Of a stretch of DNA of 64,000 nucleotides, positions 41,596 through 53,934 are shown piece by piece (the first letter of the stretch is position 1; each line of letters begins with the position of its first letter). Source of the DNA: Octopus bimaculoides (lineage: Eukaryota); assembly GCF_001194135.2 (NCBI RefSeq), contig NC_068984.1, forward strand, positions 49,801,009-49,865,008. The letters are read 5' to 3'. Both the position numbers and the translations under genes were made by a program. Under the pieces are notes generated by a model. That model made no database searches and was not told where the DNA came from. It was given only the letters and a program-made list of their open reading frames with translations.

Positions 41596-44500
41596 TTCAG
41601 GCATCACTGTATTTGTTTGTAGAGTCGAATTAGGTCTGATGGTTGACATTAGTGTGTTCGAATGCGTTCAGTGATTCTCTACATTACTGCTTCAATTCAA
41701 GTGTAGATAGGTACCATAACATGGAACTGTTTCATCGTACTAAAACTACATAGTATTTCGTTAGTTTACAATGCCGGGTTAAAATCCTGCCTTCGAAATT
41801 ATCGAGCTTTGAAATAGGGAGACTTATGCCTCTTACGCATGTGTTTGCAGGATATCTTAGTTACTTTCTATTTATCCTACTGGGGAGAAATGTAATCAAC
41901 ACGCCCCCAGCAAAAAGTTATGAAGGACGTAGTTTTTACGGCAAATATATTTAACCTTGAAGAAAAAAAATTAACGAGATTAATCAAACTGTACAAGTGT
42001 ATTGCAACATGCTAAGCGTAATGAAGCCATAACAACTACATCTATAAGGAAATGGAGAAAATCAGTGTATATGATATAAAGGCTGGAGTGGAAGAGAGAA
42101 AATATCATAGCAGCTAGGGAAATCAAAGGTGGAAACAGGATTTTTTTTTTTTTTGATGAACAAGATTTTAATAAGTAAAGCCTACATCAAACGTCATTCG
42201 GTTAGTAATAGTATAGCTTCTCTAGGATGGTCTTACATGTAAGGGATTTTAAGAGACAAATCCTCTTGTTAGCTTTTGCTGAGTAAGCGTGAATATATAG
42301 GATGAAAGCTGGGTGAAAAACGTGAGTGAGAACAGGAGTAAGTAATAAAAGAAACGAGTGAAAAGAGTGGGGGTGGTTTTAAATCACCGGAGTTATATTT
42401 CTCTAATTCTCTTCTTCCCGCTTTGACATTAATTATGGCTTTAAACAATTAGCTTTTAGTAGATTAACGGGTTTCTTATAAAAGGTTTAAAACTTCTGAG
42501 TGATTAATAACGTCAGTTAATACGTTTCACAATACAGACGTGTGCCATGTAGTAAGATAATAGCTCCCAGTGAAAGAAAGAGTGTCGAGAAGATAACGCA
42601 GTTTCGTATCTTGCACGATGCCACTTTGGCTTCCTTTACGTTCCCAATACCCTTAAGAAAGTTCAAGACAACTTTAAATTTCATTCTTCTAAAATATTAG
42701 GAGCTTTGGCACTATTAAAAAAAATATTCTGTGCAGCGATACGTCTGTGAATTAAGAGAGGGAGGGGAATCAGTCAGTGCTGTAATGAGATCGATACAAT
42801 CACCATATTACCTCAACAAAATGTAATTTGATGAGCCAAGGAGAGAGTTTATACGGTTGCTCGACCGGCTACAAATAGTAAATTCTCCCTCGAACCACTC
42901 CACTGTTTTCTTCAAATAGAAAAGACGTAGTGAATGGGAAATATAGCTTTAGATTGTCTAAAAATACAAAAATGTATAGATATATATATATATGTATATA
43001 TATAAAAAATTGCCTAGTCATGGCTGAATACTTTTCATCGCATGCCTGCTTAATCAGGACTGACCTGGATGAACAACTTAAAATTGATGTTTAGTAAAAA
43101 ACAGTTATTAATAAGCTTTGTTGTTTCCGGCAGATATAAGACCGAAACAATGACACCGTCATCCCCACCAACATTCATTTCTTCATCACCATGATTTTTA
43201 ATTAGAAACTTAATTAGATTATGCATTCGCCTGTGTGCATATATAATTACACACAGAAATACGCACACATAATATATAAATCGAATGTGTAATTCGTTAG
43301 TAAGGTTACTACCTTCTGTATTAATTGACTTGATTCATCCGTTCAGATTGAAGACCATTCATACGCTAGATCAATCTGTGAACATGCAGCCATGTACGAT
43401 CGCGCAGTAATGTGCAAATTCATGTCTGTATTTATACATGCTTGCGAGAGTGTGTGTGTGTGTGCATCTGTATTTGTGAGCAACTACCTTCCATGCTGAT
43501 ATGTACAAATATGTGCCTGGATGCTAGCATGAATGTGCACACTGATGTATGCATCGATTTTATGGGGCGCCTGCATGTTCAAATACGCACCTTCTACCGA
43601 ATATATGCAAGTGAATATAAATGCATATAAATCTATTTTAATGTCTATATATGTGTGTAGACAGGGAATTTCAAGGTGCACGATACTCCGAAGATTTATG
43701 TAATAAACATTTATTTACTGACCCTCAGTATCGTGCTAGTTCCTATCAGCAGTATATTTGCGAAAGGGTTGAAAAAGAAGATAGTTATTATTTCCCTAAT
43801 ATAGAAGGCTGCGCTTCTAACAGTGCTGCTCTTCAAGAAGTACATTCATCAAAAGGTTCACGAGTAGATGATCATCATCGATTTCAATGGATTAAATTAA
43901 GCAAGCAATATAGAAGGCGGATCAAATTTCGATTTGTAGTAAGTTTCGTAAGGTGGAGAAATGGAATATCAAATGCCTTCCGAATTTGCAGGAACTGATT
44001 TCTGCTTCGAATCACAAAAGTTTGCTTCAATTATTCTACGCTGTGATGAGATGGAGGACGCATCAACTGCTACAATCTTCCAAAATTGTTGCAAAACATT
44101 TACGATAACCAACTAAACAGCTATGTCTGCGGGATCATATTGTTATTCTGCAACAATATGATTCCGGGTTCAATCCCACTGCACAACACCTTGAGCAAGA
44201 ACCTTCAACAGTTTGCCAATAACATATCTGGAATTTTTAAGTTGGGAACTCCGCGGAATCTTGTTATGTTTGCATAGATATCCTTTTGCTTTCTATTTCT
44301 ATCCTAAAATGATGACAAAATGCCTCGTCAGCCACCTAACTCTGGACATAGTTATCTGTAACTTGATACAATAAAGTTTTTCTTGAGGATCCGTCGAGGT
44401 TGAGCATCTATATATGCATTTGAATCCAAATAATCATGATAGTGAAACGCGCGTAAAAACTTTATAAACTGGTGTATATCCTTATTTTTCCTACATTTCC

Positions 44501-44704
44501 TCTGTAGTTCATAACTAACAATACTACTCAGTATAGAAGTTACTTAACTATACAGGAAGCAAACTGGATTATGAAAATCTACGTGGAACTCTAAATGTAA
44601 CAGTAGTCGGACATCCATTTGTACACATAATTCCTACGTGTGTGTGTGCATGTGTCAGTGACTGTACTTATGTTTAAGCCGGTACGTCGAACTATGTTCC
44701 TTGT

Positions 44705-44845
44705 ATAGAGGAAGGGTTAGTAGTTAATTTTATCGAACCCGGAGGAAAGAAAGGAAAAGTTAAACCCAGCCGTGATTTGAACGTAAGCAGTCGAAAAGAT
44801 TCCGCGGAATTTCTTTCCGACGATCTAACGATTCTGCCTATCTAT
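44705..44845 (-). mobile_element. SINE family C, diverged
   Basis: ttttatcgaacccggaggaaagaaaggaaaagt...gatttgaacg...ctaacgattctgcc. Confidence 0.65.
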
Positions 44846-46479
44846 CACCTACTCTTACATTATAACGGAGATGTCCGAATATTAAGTATTTACTGCATAA
44901 TAGATTAGTTTGGCTGAGTGCCTTTAGACTATGTCAATACGATCGATTTTATGAATTGCTGAGTCAGAAGACACACATATGTTGCACTTTATTATATAAT
45001 AATCGTCATTATTAAGCAACGCAATAGCATCTAATGAAAGTCTTATCATGAGTGTGAACACGAAGCAATTAAAATTTCAAACGATGCTCTAGAAAATCAT
45101 AAAAGCACATTATCTGGGTTGCTGAGAATTGAATTTAAGATTAGAGGGGAGGTAATATTGTAAGTATTATTTGAAAGTCAATTAGAATCTATAGGGTCAG
45201 CTAATCAAAAGAAACGGATTTAATTTATTACATGTAACAGATGTCTGAAACAAAAGAAAGTCGTCTGCGTCAATTTACAGTTTAATCTAATAATATTTTT
45301 ACAGCTATCTTTCTTTTCTTCTCTTTCCACATATGTCATACATATATCTGGCTCGAATAAAAGTTATCAGCAAAAAAATCTGATTTGGAAAAAAAAAAAG
45401 AAAAAAATACTGGGGATCGATTTTAGAAGTGTTATGAGTCGAAAGTGAATTAAGAAAAAAAAACCTGGTGGAGGATGAGGGGATAGTCATATGAGAAAAG
45501 TAAATGTCGACATAAATTGGAACTCACTATTAGCAACAGTCGTTTGTTTTTCATCCGATTTTAATCATGCTCAGCTAATACCCTTATTTGCATACAATAT
45601 ATAGCAATAAAAGTTCTTCGAGCCGCCATATCATTATAATAATATTTATGAAAAATAATATTTCGTGAAAGAAATAAAATGTAGAGGTGGAAAGAACAAC
45701 CGACAGTTTAAATAAAGTGCAGTGAAACGTAAAAAAAGAAAAGATAACCTTTCCGAATATTCTTTTGTACCCGTGTCAAAGATTAAAGAAAGAAAGAAAT
45801 TAAATAAAAAATTGGATTCTTATCAAAGTTTTCAGTAGAATGACAATTAAAATATAAAATTATTTTGAAATGTTCAACAAAATTTAGTGAAGTGTGTAAA
45901 CTATATTGAAAGATAAAAATTACAACTGTCTAAAAGGAAAAAAGTTAATATTAATTCGTAAAATAAGACTTCTGTACCGTGAATCCACGCGATACACAAA
46001 TCTATCTAATTTTAAGAACTTTATCAACTGAATATTAAATTTAGTTTTTCGTATTTTCTTTATACTGAAATAAGATACTGAAGGTGGGGGAAATGCTGCT
46101 ATTATGCAAAAGTGTCGTAAGTCCAAAATGTTGCTTTTTTTTTAGAAAACGAAAAAATAGTTTCATCATTCCATAGCAAAACCGTTGTACTACACTGACA
46201 ATTTTTTTATATTTTGACATCTACAACAGCTGGAGATGCGATAGTTTGATCAAAAGAACCGGCTATTGCAAGCAAAAATAAATATTGAAGAAAACGCATT
46301 TGGCCAAATTTGAACATACGACAGTTTAACATAATAGCAACGAATGTTTTTAAAATACCACATTGGTGAAATAAGTTCAAACTATACCGATATCGATTCA
46401 TTCGAAATATTACTTTTATAAAAAGATACAAAAGTCTAACAAATTCAATATATTACAATGACATGACAAAACAACTTAC

Positions 46480-46710
46480 CTGAGCTGCCCCTGCAAGGCT
46501 TAGTAGAAACAAAATCCATTTGGGATGTCCAAATCTTTGACATAACGAAGGCCGTATAGAGCCCCATCCACATTTTACATTAATATTATCATCCATGTTA
46601 TCAGGAGGAAGTCTTGTATGGCTATGGCAAGTCGGTAACTTGCCATTTTTCTCAGGCGGCGAAATACCGCCATTTTCACTCATTGCTGTATATGATATTG
46701 GCCCAGTCAT
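46480..46710 (-). CDS. SLCO4A1-like: First recognisable coding exon (77 codons, ends phase 0) of a solute carrier organic anion transporter (SLCO/OATP; SLCO4/Oatp26F-like): cytoplasmic N-terminus plus start of TM1
   Basis: Translation MTGPISYTAM...NVKCGWGSIRPSLCQRFGHPKWILFLLSLAGAAQ matches the conserved OATP N-terminal motif CGW.x.xRPxxxQxFxxPKWxLxxLxxAxxxQ that precedes GMxVNG. It is followed by a strong donor CAG|GTAAGT at 46479. Acceptor gcctgttttag| at 46747 (alternative tttttcaag| at 46738). Subfamily assignment is from recalled similarity only. Confidence 0.88.
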
Positions 46711-48088
46711 ATTCGTGAAGTTATGAAAATATATTAACTTGAAAAACTAAAACAGGCAATTACCTTTTACTTATAGTTTGCTTTTGATTGTCTTTTACAA
46801 TCTTTATTATCATGGCAAAAAGAAAAAAAAATCTTATTATTTATTTATTTTGCATTTGTGGCATATGTATATTTTTTTTACTTATATATATATATATATA
46901 CACACAAACTTACAAAAGAAAAAAAGACTTCCGATTTCACAGACACGAGATCAAATCGGCATTCGAGCTGATGTTCTAAAACGAATGTTTATGAAATGAT
47001 TATATGTAAATTTAATATCTATTAGAAACGAATGACCGGAATGTAGCCAAATAAGGAATTTGTGAATACTATTTCTAATAATACTCGAAGCTAATTAAAC
47101 TATAAACGAGATCCTCTCCATTTTTCAGAGACAAAGGATGCGGAGATTACAATACTACTTTACACCGCATTTTAACTCATTCGAGCCCATCCCTGACACT
47201 TCAGCTTAATGGAATGGACAAGTGAAATGATATGTATATCACGTTTAATATAAAATTCTATCTTTATAGAGTACTTAACACAATGATTATAAAAAGTCTA
47301 TGACACATGCTAAATTTACATGATTGTGTATATAGCTACAAATTATATACAGGCTCTCAGATATACACACACATCTAAATTAGATTCAGCTGAGTTTGAT
47401 TTTAATATTAGAATATATTTTTGGTCATGATACGAATGCAAATACTTTCGATTTATGGTTGTATCAAAAAGGGAGACTGAATAGACGGAGAAAAGACAAA
47501 ACAACCAGTTCCAATTTGTTTTGATTTTAGAAATCAGTTATTTTCTGGACGGCAAGAAGTAACAATAATGGTCTTTAAAGTTTATCTGATATTTATCCAA
47601 TTTATAAGCTTATCTAAAGGTACGCCTATTTATATACTGTCTCAGTTTCAAATAATCTTTTAGAGTTAGTGTACTTTTCATTATATATAAAACATAGAAG
47701 AGCTGCAATTCATCATATGTCGTAGGAGTATTTTTCAAATTAGGAAAATCCTTTTCAAGTTTTTTTGTTGTTTTCTCTTCGCTTCGTTTCTGTTCTCGTT
47801 TCTTATTAAACTGTAAAGACCTGGTAGAAAATAAAAATGAAAAATAATACAGTGAGATGAAAATATAACATCAATATGATCATATATTTATTGCTTACTT
47901 ATGCACATATATCATGGAATTCTAATCTAGCTTTCTGTAATTCAATATGTCACACATGAGAAATTTCATCTCTTCAAATTTTAACATTTTTCTAGAATAT
48001 ACTTTTGTTTTAGACTAAAAGTATAAATTTCAAGTGAAAATCGAAACCAAAGTACTGATCCTGTGTTTTACAATCTTCGTTGACTCAC

Positions 48089-48193
48089 CGAAGCTAGTTT
48101 CGTAGACATGATACAAAGAACCTCTTTGTGTATTGTATGAACAACACTTTCATTTAAAAAGTAATGCTACTTTCATTTTCTCAAGTCCATATT
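48089..48193 (-). other. Candidate upstream (5' UTR/alternative start) exon of the SLCO gene, 105 nt
   Basis: Acceptor cattttagccttttttcag| and donor TCG|GTGAGT. Stops occur in all three frames, but a late ATG (MSTKLAS) would splice in frame onto the coding exon. Splice-signal evidence only. Confidence 0.35.
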
Positions 48194-48424
48194 CTGAAAA
48201 AAGGCTAAAATGAAATACTGTAACATTCAACTTTGTCTTAATAGCCTTATTTACAGAAATGAATTTGTTTTAACTGGAAATTGAAACCTATTCGTCACGA
48301 TTGTACCTCTTATCATACAACGACGTCGACAAAACGTAACATCATACTCATTTTTGTCTTTAGTATAATCCGTGTAATTTTGGAAAGTTACTTAGTTGTA
48401 CTTCGTTGGTACTTACTTTCTATA

Positions 48425-48816
48425 TGTGGAGGCGCAATGGCCCAGTGGTTAGGGCAGCGGACTCGCGGTCATAGGATCGCGGTTTCGATTCCCAGACCGG
48501 GCGTTGCGAGTGTTTATTGAGCGAAAACAGCAAAAGCTCCACGAGGCTCCGGCAGAGGATGGTGACGAACCCTGCTGTACTCCTTCAACACAAATTTCTC
48601 TCACTCTTACTTACTGTTTCTGTTGTGCCTGTAATTCAAAGGGTCAGCCTTGTCACACTGTGTCACGCTGAATATCCCCGAGAACTACGTTAAGGGTACA
48701 CGTGTCTGTGGAGTGCTCAGCCACTTGCACGTTAATTTCACGAGCAGGCTGTTCCGTTGATTGGATCAACTGGAACCCTCGACGTCGTAAGCGACGGAGT
48801 GCCAACAACAACAACA
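48425..48816 (+). mobile_element. SINE family A, full length with (ACA)n tail
   Basis: A/B boxes intact; 12-bp TSD actttctatatg at 48415-48426 and 48817-48828. Confidence 0.94.
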
Positions 48817-48946
48817 ACTTTCTATATGCACACAGATTAAAAGCAGGCAAAATGATCTCATTGGAATTTGAACTTGGAACGTAAAGAGACGTGAAAATAA
48901 TTAGCGTAATACCATTTCTATCAATACATTATTCCAATAATGTCGG

Positions 48947-49138
48947 TTTTAGCACAAAGCCAACCATTACAGGGAAGGTGTTTAAGTCGATTACATCGAC
49001 CCCAGTGCTCAACCGGTACTTATTTTATTAATCGCGAAAGAATGAAAAGCAAAGTCGACCTCGGCGGCATTTGATTTCAAAACGTAAAGTTCGAAGAAAT
49101 GCCTCCAAGCATTTTGTCCGGGACGGCAACGCCGCCTT
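48947..49138 (-). mobile_element. SINE family C, near full length
   Basis: gtcgattacatcgaccccagtgctcaaccggtacttattt...aaagtcgacctcggcggcatttga...gccgcctt. Confidence 0.87.
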
Positions 49139-49847
49139 ACATAATTTTGTCTTGTTATTTTGGTTTTCCCATTTGGCAATAACAGATCTTAGACCGGACA
49201 TTAAACATAGCTTTATTTCGTTTCTTTTTCAGTGATATAATTTCTCTTCATGCCAAATCAAACGCCTACATATTTGGCTCATCTACGCCATATATTCGCT
49301 CATTGTATATTTGTTATAGATAACTAGCTCAGACGGAATAGGATGTAGGGAAATTATGTCAGGACACATACATTATAATTAGTCTATATATTCTATACAT
49401 ATTTTTCATGGAGATAAATCCATGTTTCTAGCAGAGCTGTGTATACAATTATATACAGAGAGCACCTTCTTTATGATCTTCTGTGCTATGCACTAGCCGC
49501 TAAGCCACGTGCCTCCACGTGATTGAAATGTGTAATATATTATTTATATAGTAACACTAATCAACAAAATATGGCTACTCTTAAAAAGGTGCAGTGTTTG
49601 GATGTTTTCTATATTATATGGTGGAAGATGAGTAAGGAAAGAAGGGTGTAAAAAATTCAAGATGCATAAAACTTACAAACAAGTATTAAGTATAAGGTAT
49701 GAATAACGCTAAAGCTTGAAGAACGGAATATATACGTAAATGAGGGTAGTGGTACATAGTAATAGCGAGAGATATAAACAGAACCTCGATTCACAAGAAA
49801 AAGCAAGCAATGTGCATAAAATGCACACACAAACACACACACACACG

Positions 49848-50197
49848 CTCTTTTATTCTTTTACTTTTTTAGCCGTTTGACTTGCGGCCATGCTGGAGCA
49901 CCGCCTTTAGTCAAATAAATCGACCCAGGACTTATTCTTTGTAAGCCAAGTACTTATTCTATATGTGTCTTTTGCCGAATCGCTACGTTACGGGGACGTA
50001 AGCACATCAACACCGGTTGTCAAGTGATGGTGGTGGAACAAACACAAACAAACACATAAATACATACATATATATGCGACGGGCTTCTTTCAGTTTCCCT
50101 ATACAAAATCCACTCCCGAGGCTAGAAGGCACTTGCCCAAGGGGCCATGCAGAGGGACTGAACCAGAAACCATGTGGTTGGGAAGCAAACCACTCCT

Positions 50198-50200
<3 letters not shown>
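49848..50200 (-). mobile_element. SINE family B with internal deletion
   Basis: Family B tail, microsatellite and head present; lacks part of the CORE-adjacent segment. Confidence 0.88.
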
Positions 50201-50246
<46 letters not shown>

Positions 50247-51348
50247 CAGAGAGGTGCAGAAGCAGAACGCATACAGATACTTGAAAACAACGTAACTCCT
50301 TCCAATATATTTCTGTGCTCAAATCACATCTGGTCATTATTGTGCGTCATCCTCTCCAAAATGATGCAAAATGTCACTATATATGCTTATGCGAAATCTC
50401 AAATACCTGCTACATCTCGTTTACGCATAAGCCACCTGCCAATTCAAAAGAAACCCGCCTTCGTATATTTACTTACATGCGTATATACAAGTTTTTGAGT
50501 AAGCTGCTGCTAACATGGGTGTGCATACATTTGGGTATAAATTTCTATGAATTTAGTTGTATACTATGTCTTTCCCTGGCACTTCTACAAGATAAATCTA
50601 TGGAGTTTATGACTGAAATGCTTATTATATATACCTAAGTAGATACTATTTTTCTTATCTAATGTATTTTACCGACAGTGCTTATAAGAGGGTCAGTTTA
50701 GCTCGGGGATCGAGGCCTGAAGAGCCAAACAGGAGCTCGGGATTATCTACTGAACCAACTCCCTAAAAAGAACCCTACAGCCTAATCAGATTTCTATTGG
50801 GAACCATGTTTGCACGTGTTTCATTTGATAAATCAAATCATATTTTATTTTTAATAACACAAAATCAGAGATTTGTAGACCACAATGTATTACATCTACT
50901 TATTTGATAGACATTGGGGCAACGAAAGAGAAAGCCAATTTTGTTCTGTGATGGACTCTTCCATCGAAGACGACTTTTACCGAACGACTTGTACAACTGA
51001 TTTGTTTATAGTAATCAAATGTATGTGCTGTGCATTAGCTCACTCTCTCCTTCAAGTCGACGTTGCCTAAACGGGAATACAGTATGCCATGCGTCAGGTG
51101 TCGAAGAGATGAAGTATTTTGCTCAAGAACACAACACACCACTTAGTCTAGAAACTGAAACCACGACCACATGATCGTGAATCCAACACTCTTACCATTA
51201 GGCCATGATTAATTAGATTCATATAAAATCAACGTTCACATATTTAACGTAGTGATCGTTAAATAACATATTAGATTTAAATATGCAGTGAAGCAAAGCT
51301 TAATCAATGGTTAATATTATTATTATTATTTTTTTTTTTTTTTTTTTT

Positions 51349-51700
51349 GGTGGAGGCATAATGGCCCAGTGGTTAGGGCAGCGGACTTGCGATTTCGATT
51401 CCCAGACCGGGCGTTGTGAGTGTTTATTGAGAGAAAACACCTGAAGTTCCTCGAGGCTCCGGCAGGGGGTGGTGGTAAACCCTGATGTATTCTTTCACCA
51501 AAACTTTCTTTCTTGTACCTGTATTTCAAAAGGACCAGCCTTGGCACATTCTGTGTCATGCTGAATCTCCCCGAGAACTACGCTAAGGGTACACGTGTCT
51601 GTGGAGTGCTCAGCCACATGCACGCTAATTTCACGAGCAGGCTGTTCCGTTTATCGGATCAACTGGAACACTCGACGTCGTAACCGACGGAATGGCAACA
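51349..51700 (+). mobile_element. SINE family A, older copy with small internal deletions
   Basis: Same head and tail as the other copies, lacking about 16 nt in the tRNA region; inserted in an ATT/poly-T tract. Confidence 0.88.
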
Positions 51701-52302
51701 AAATATTATTTTAATTGTTCCAACAAATACGTGAGATAACTACAATTAGGCGTTTCCATATTATCATATTTCTTCCACAGAATATAGAGGCAACATAGTA
51801 GTTCACAAGACCTGCATTCTTGAGAAAGCTGCACAGCTTTTGTTGTTTGTTCTTAGGTCAGTCTTAATTGAAAATACTATGATCCAAGGCGTTCTTCTGG
51901 GAATTATCTCATAATCTTTCATATATTACATTACATATATTATTCAATATATCTTTCTCTTATTTTACAATCATAATTTGTTATTTAGTGATACTTAGCT
52001 GCTGTTTCTAGCATGCTCGGACTAGGTAGTTCATGGATATTGCACTTGCGACTGAAGGGAGTATAGTAAATATGTTACCTATTTTACTAGTGAGAAAAGT
52101 TAATACTATATTTGCTATTATTTAGCCCTAGGTCAGTCCTTACCAAACAACAGGCCTATGGTGAAAGCTGTGCCAGTCATTGTAATACAGCATTCATAGC
52201 GTATCTAAGCTTGTCTAGATACACTATCAGACTTATTCTCTTTCTATCTAAGAAAATAGCGTGTGGTTAGTGATAGATTCGGTTGCGATTTTCTCGTCAG
52301 TA

Positions 52303-52626
52303 GTGAAGTCGCGTGGCTTAGTGGTTAGGGCATTTGACTCACGATCGTAAGGCCGTGAGTTCAATTCCCGGCGACGCGTTGTGTCCTTGAGCAAGACACT
52401 TTATTTCACGTTGCTCCAGTCCACTCAGCTGGCAAAAATGAGTAGTACCTGTATTTCAAAGGGCCGGCCTTGTCACACTCTGTGTCACGCTGAATCTTCC
52501 TGAGAACTACGTTAGGGGTACACGTGTTTGTAGAGTGCTCAGCCACTTGCACGTTAATTTCACGAGCAAGCTGTTCCGTTGATCGTATCAGCTGAGACCC
52601 TCGTCGTCGTAAACGACGGAGTGCTC
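52303..52626 (+). mobile_element. Chimeric SINE: different tRNA head plus CORE-like middle plus family A 3' half
   Basis: Head GTCGCGTGGCTTAGTGGTTAGG...GAGTTCAATTCC; middle TTGTGTCCTTGAGCAAGACACTT...CCAGTCCACTCAGCTGGCAAAAATGAGTA; from TTCAAAGGG onward it matches the family A tail. Confidence 0.85.
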
Positions 52627-53559
52627 CTTCTCGTCAGTGACTGGACTTCATTGGCTAAATCGCACATAAATCCTTATCATAACACACTTTTAACCATTAC
52701 TTCGATTTGGCAAGCACTGTAACTGGATCTGGTTTCTTTCACCGGTATAGTAGAAGTAATTCCACTTCAATGACACTGTTGTTACCTTTGAGGTATAAAC
52801 AGGTACATTCCATGTCCATGTTTTCTTCCGTTAAGATATAGGAACTCTGTGATCATTTTATAAGTTCCTTTCCGGATTAGTGTGTGTGTGTGTCTGTATA
52901 TGTGTGTGATGAACTCATCTCTTCTTAAATATATTTGTACTTCCATTTACTCCTTAATTCTTTAACCCATTGCTCTAAAAGTATAGAGTTCTGATCGCAA
53001 GTCGAAAGAAAGAAAAAGAAAATGAAGAGAGGGCTACTAAAGAGCAAGGCTGAGTTGCCCAGTTAGATAAGAAATTAGAATCGTTTAAGCCAACGTGGCG
53101 TTGTTTTCAGCATTGCCTACAAGGATTATTGAAATGTAGTGGTGTTGATATCTTTCTCAGGAGCAGTATTAACGTAAGGGATATCTGAGCTAAAGGGATA
53201 TCGTCGTTTTAGTTTCTTACTGGAATCTCATGTGACAGAATATAATTGATTTCCAGCTTGGGCACAAGGTCACACATTCTGGTAAAGGAGTCAATGAATG
53301 ATGTCCATTGATAGCTTCTGTAGTGTGGTGAGATACTAGCATGCAATCAATAAAGCGACACATCCCATTTCCGGTATAGCTTATTTCATTTAGGCCGATA
53401 ATGCTTCTTGGAACAACTTCAACGTTATAATTCATTTGAAGTTGATATCTAACGCTATTACTTAGCTTCAAATGATTTCCATGGGTTCCGTCAGACATAA
53501 CAAAAGATATCTGCATTGAAGTGTTCATTTCTAGGGCCTAAGCCGCAGTCAAATATATG

Positions 53560-53633
<74 letters not shown>

Positions 53634-53908
53634 NNNNNNNNNNNNNNNNNNNNNNNNNNNNNNNNNNNNNNNNNNNNNNNNNNNNNNNNNNNNNNNNNNN
53701 NNNNNNNNNNNNNNNNNNNNNNNNNNNNNNNNNNNNNNNNNNNNNNNNNNNNNNNNNNNNNNNNNNNNNNNNNNNNNNNNNNNNNNNNNNNNNNNNNNNN
53801 NNNNNNNNNNNNNNNNNNNNNNNNNNNNNNNNNNNNNNNNNNNNNNNNNNNNNNNNNNNNNNNNNNNNNNNNNNNNNNNNNNNNNNNNNNNNNNNNNNNN
53901 NNNNNNNN
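53634..53908. other. Assembly gap (275 N)
   Basis: N run following (CA)n(TA)n. Confidence 0.99.
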
Positions 53909-53934
53909 ACAAGGTTTACTAAACATTATCTACT

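Noticed and set aside
44245-44813. 18-bp imperfect inverted repeat (ggaactccgcggaatctt / aagattccgcggaatttc)
   Set aside because: Built around a self-palindrome, second copy lies inside a SINE remnant, and no TSD; probably chance.
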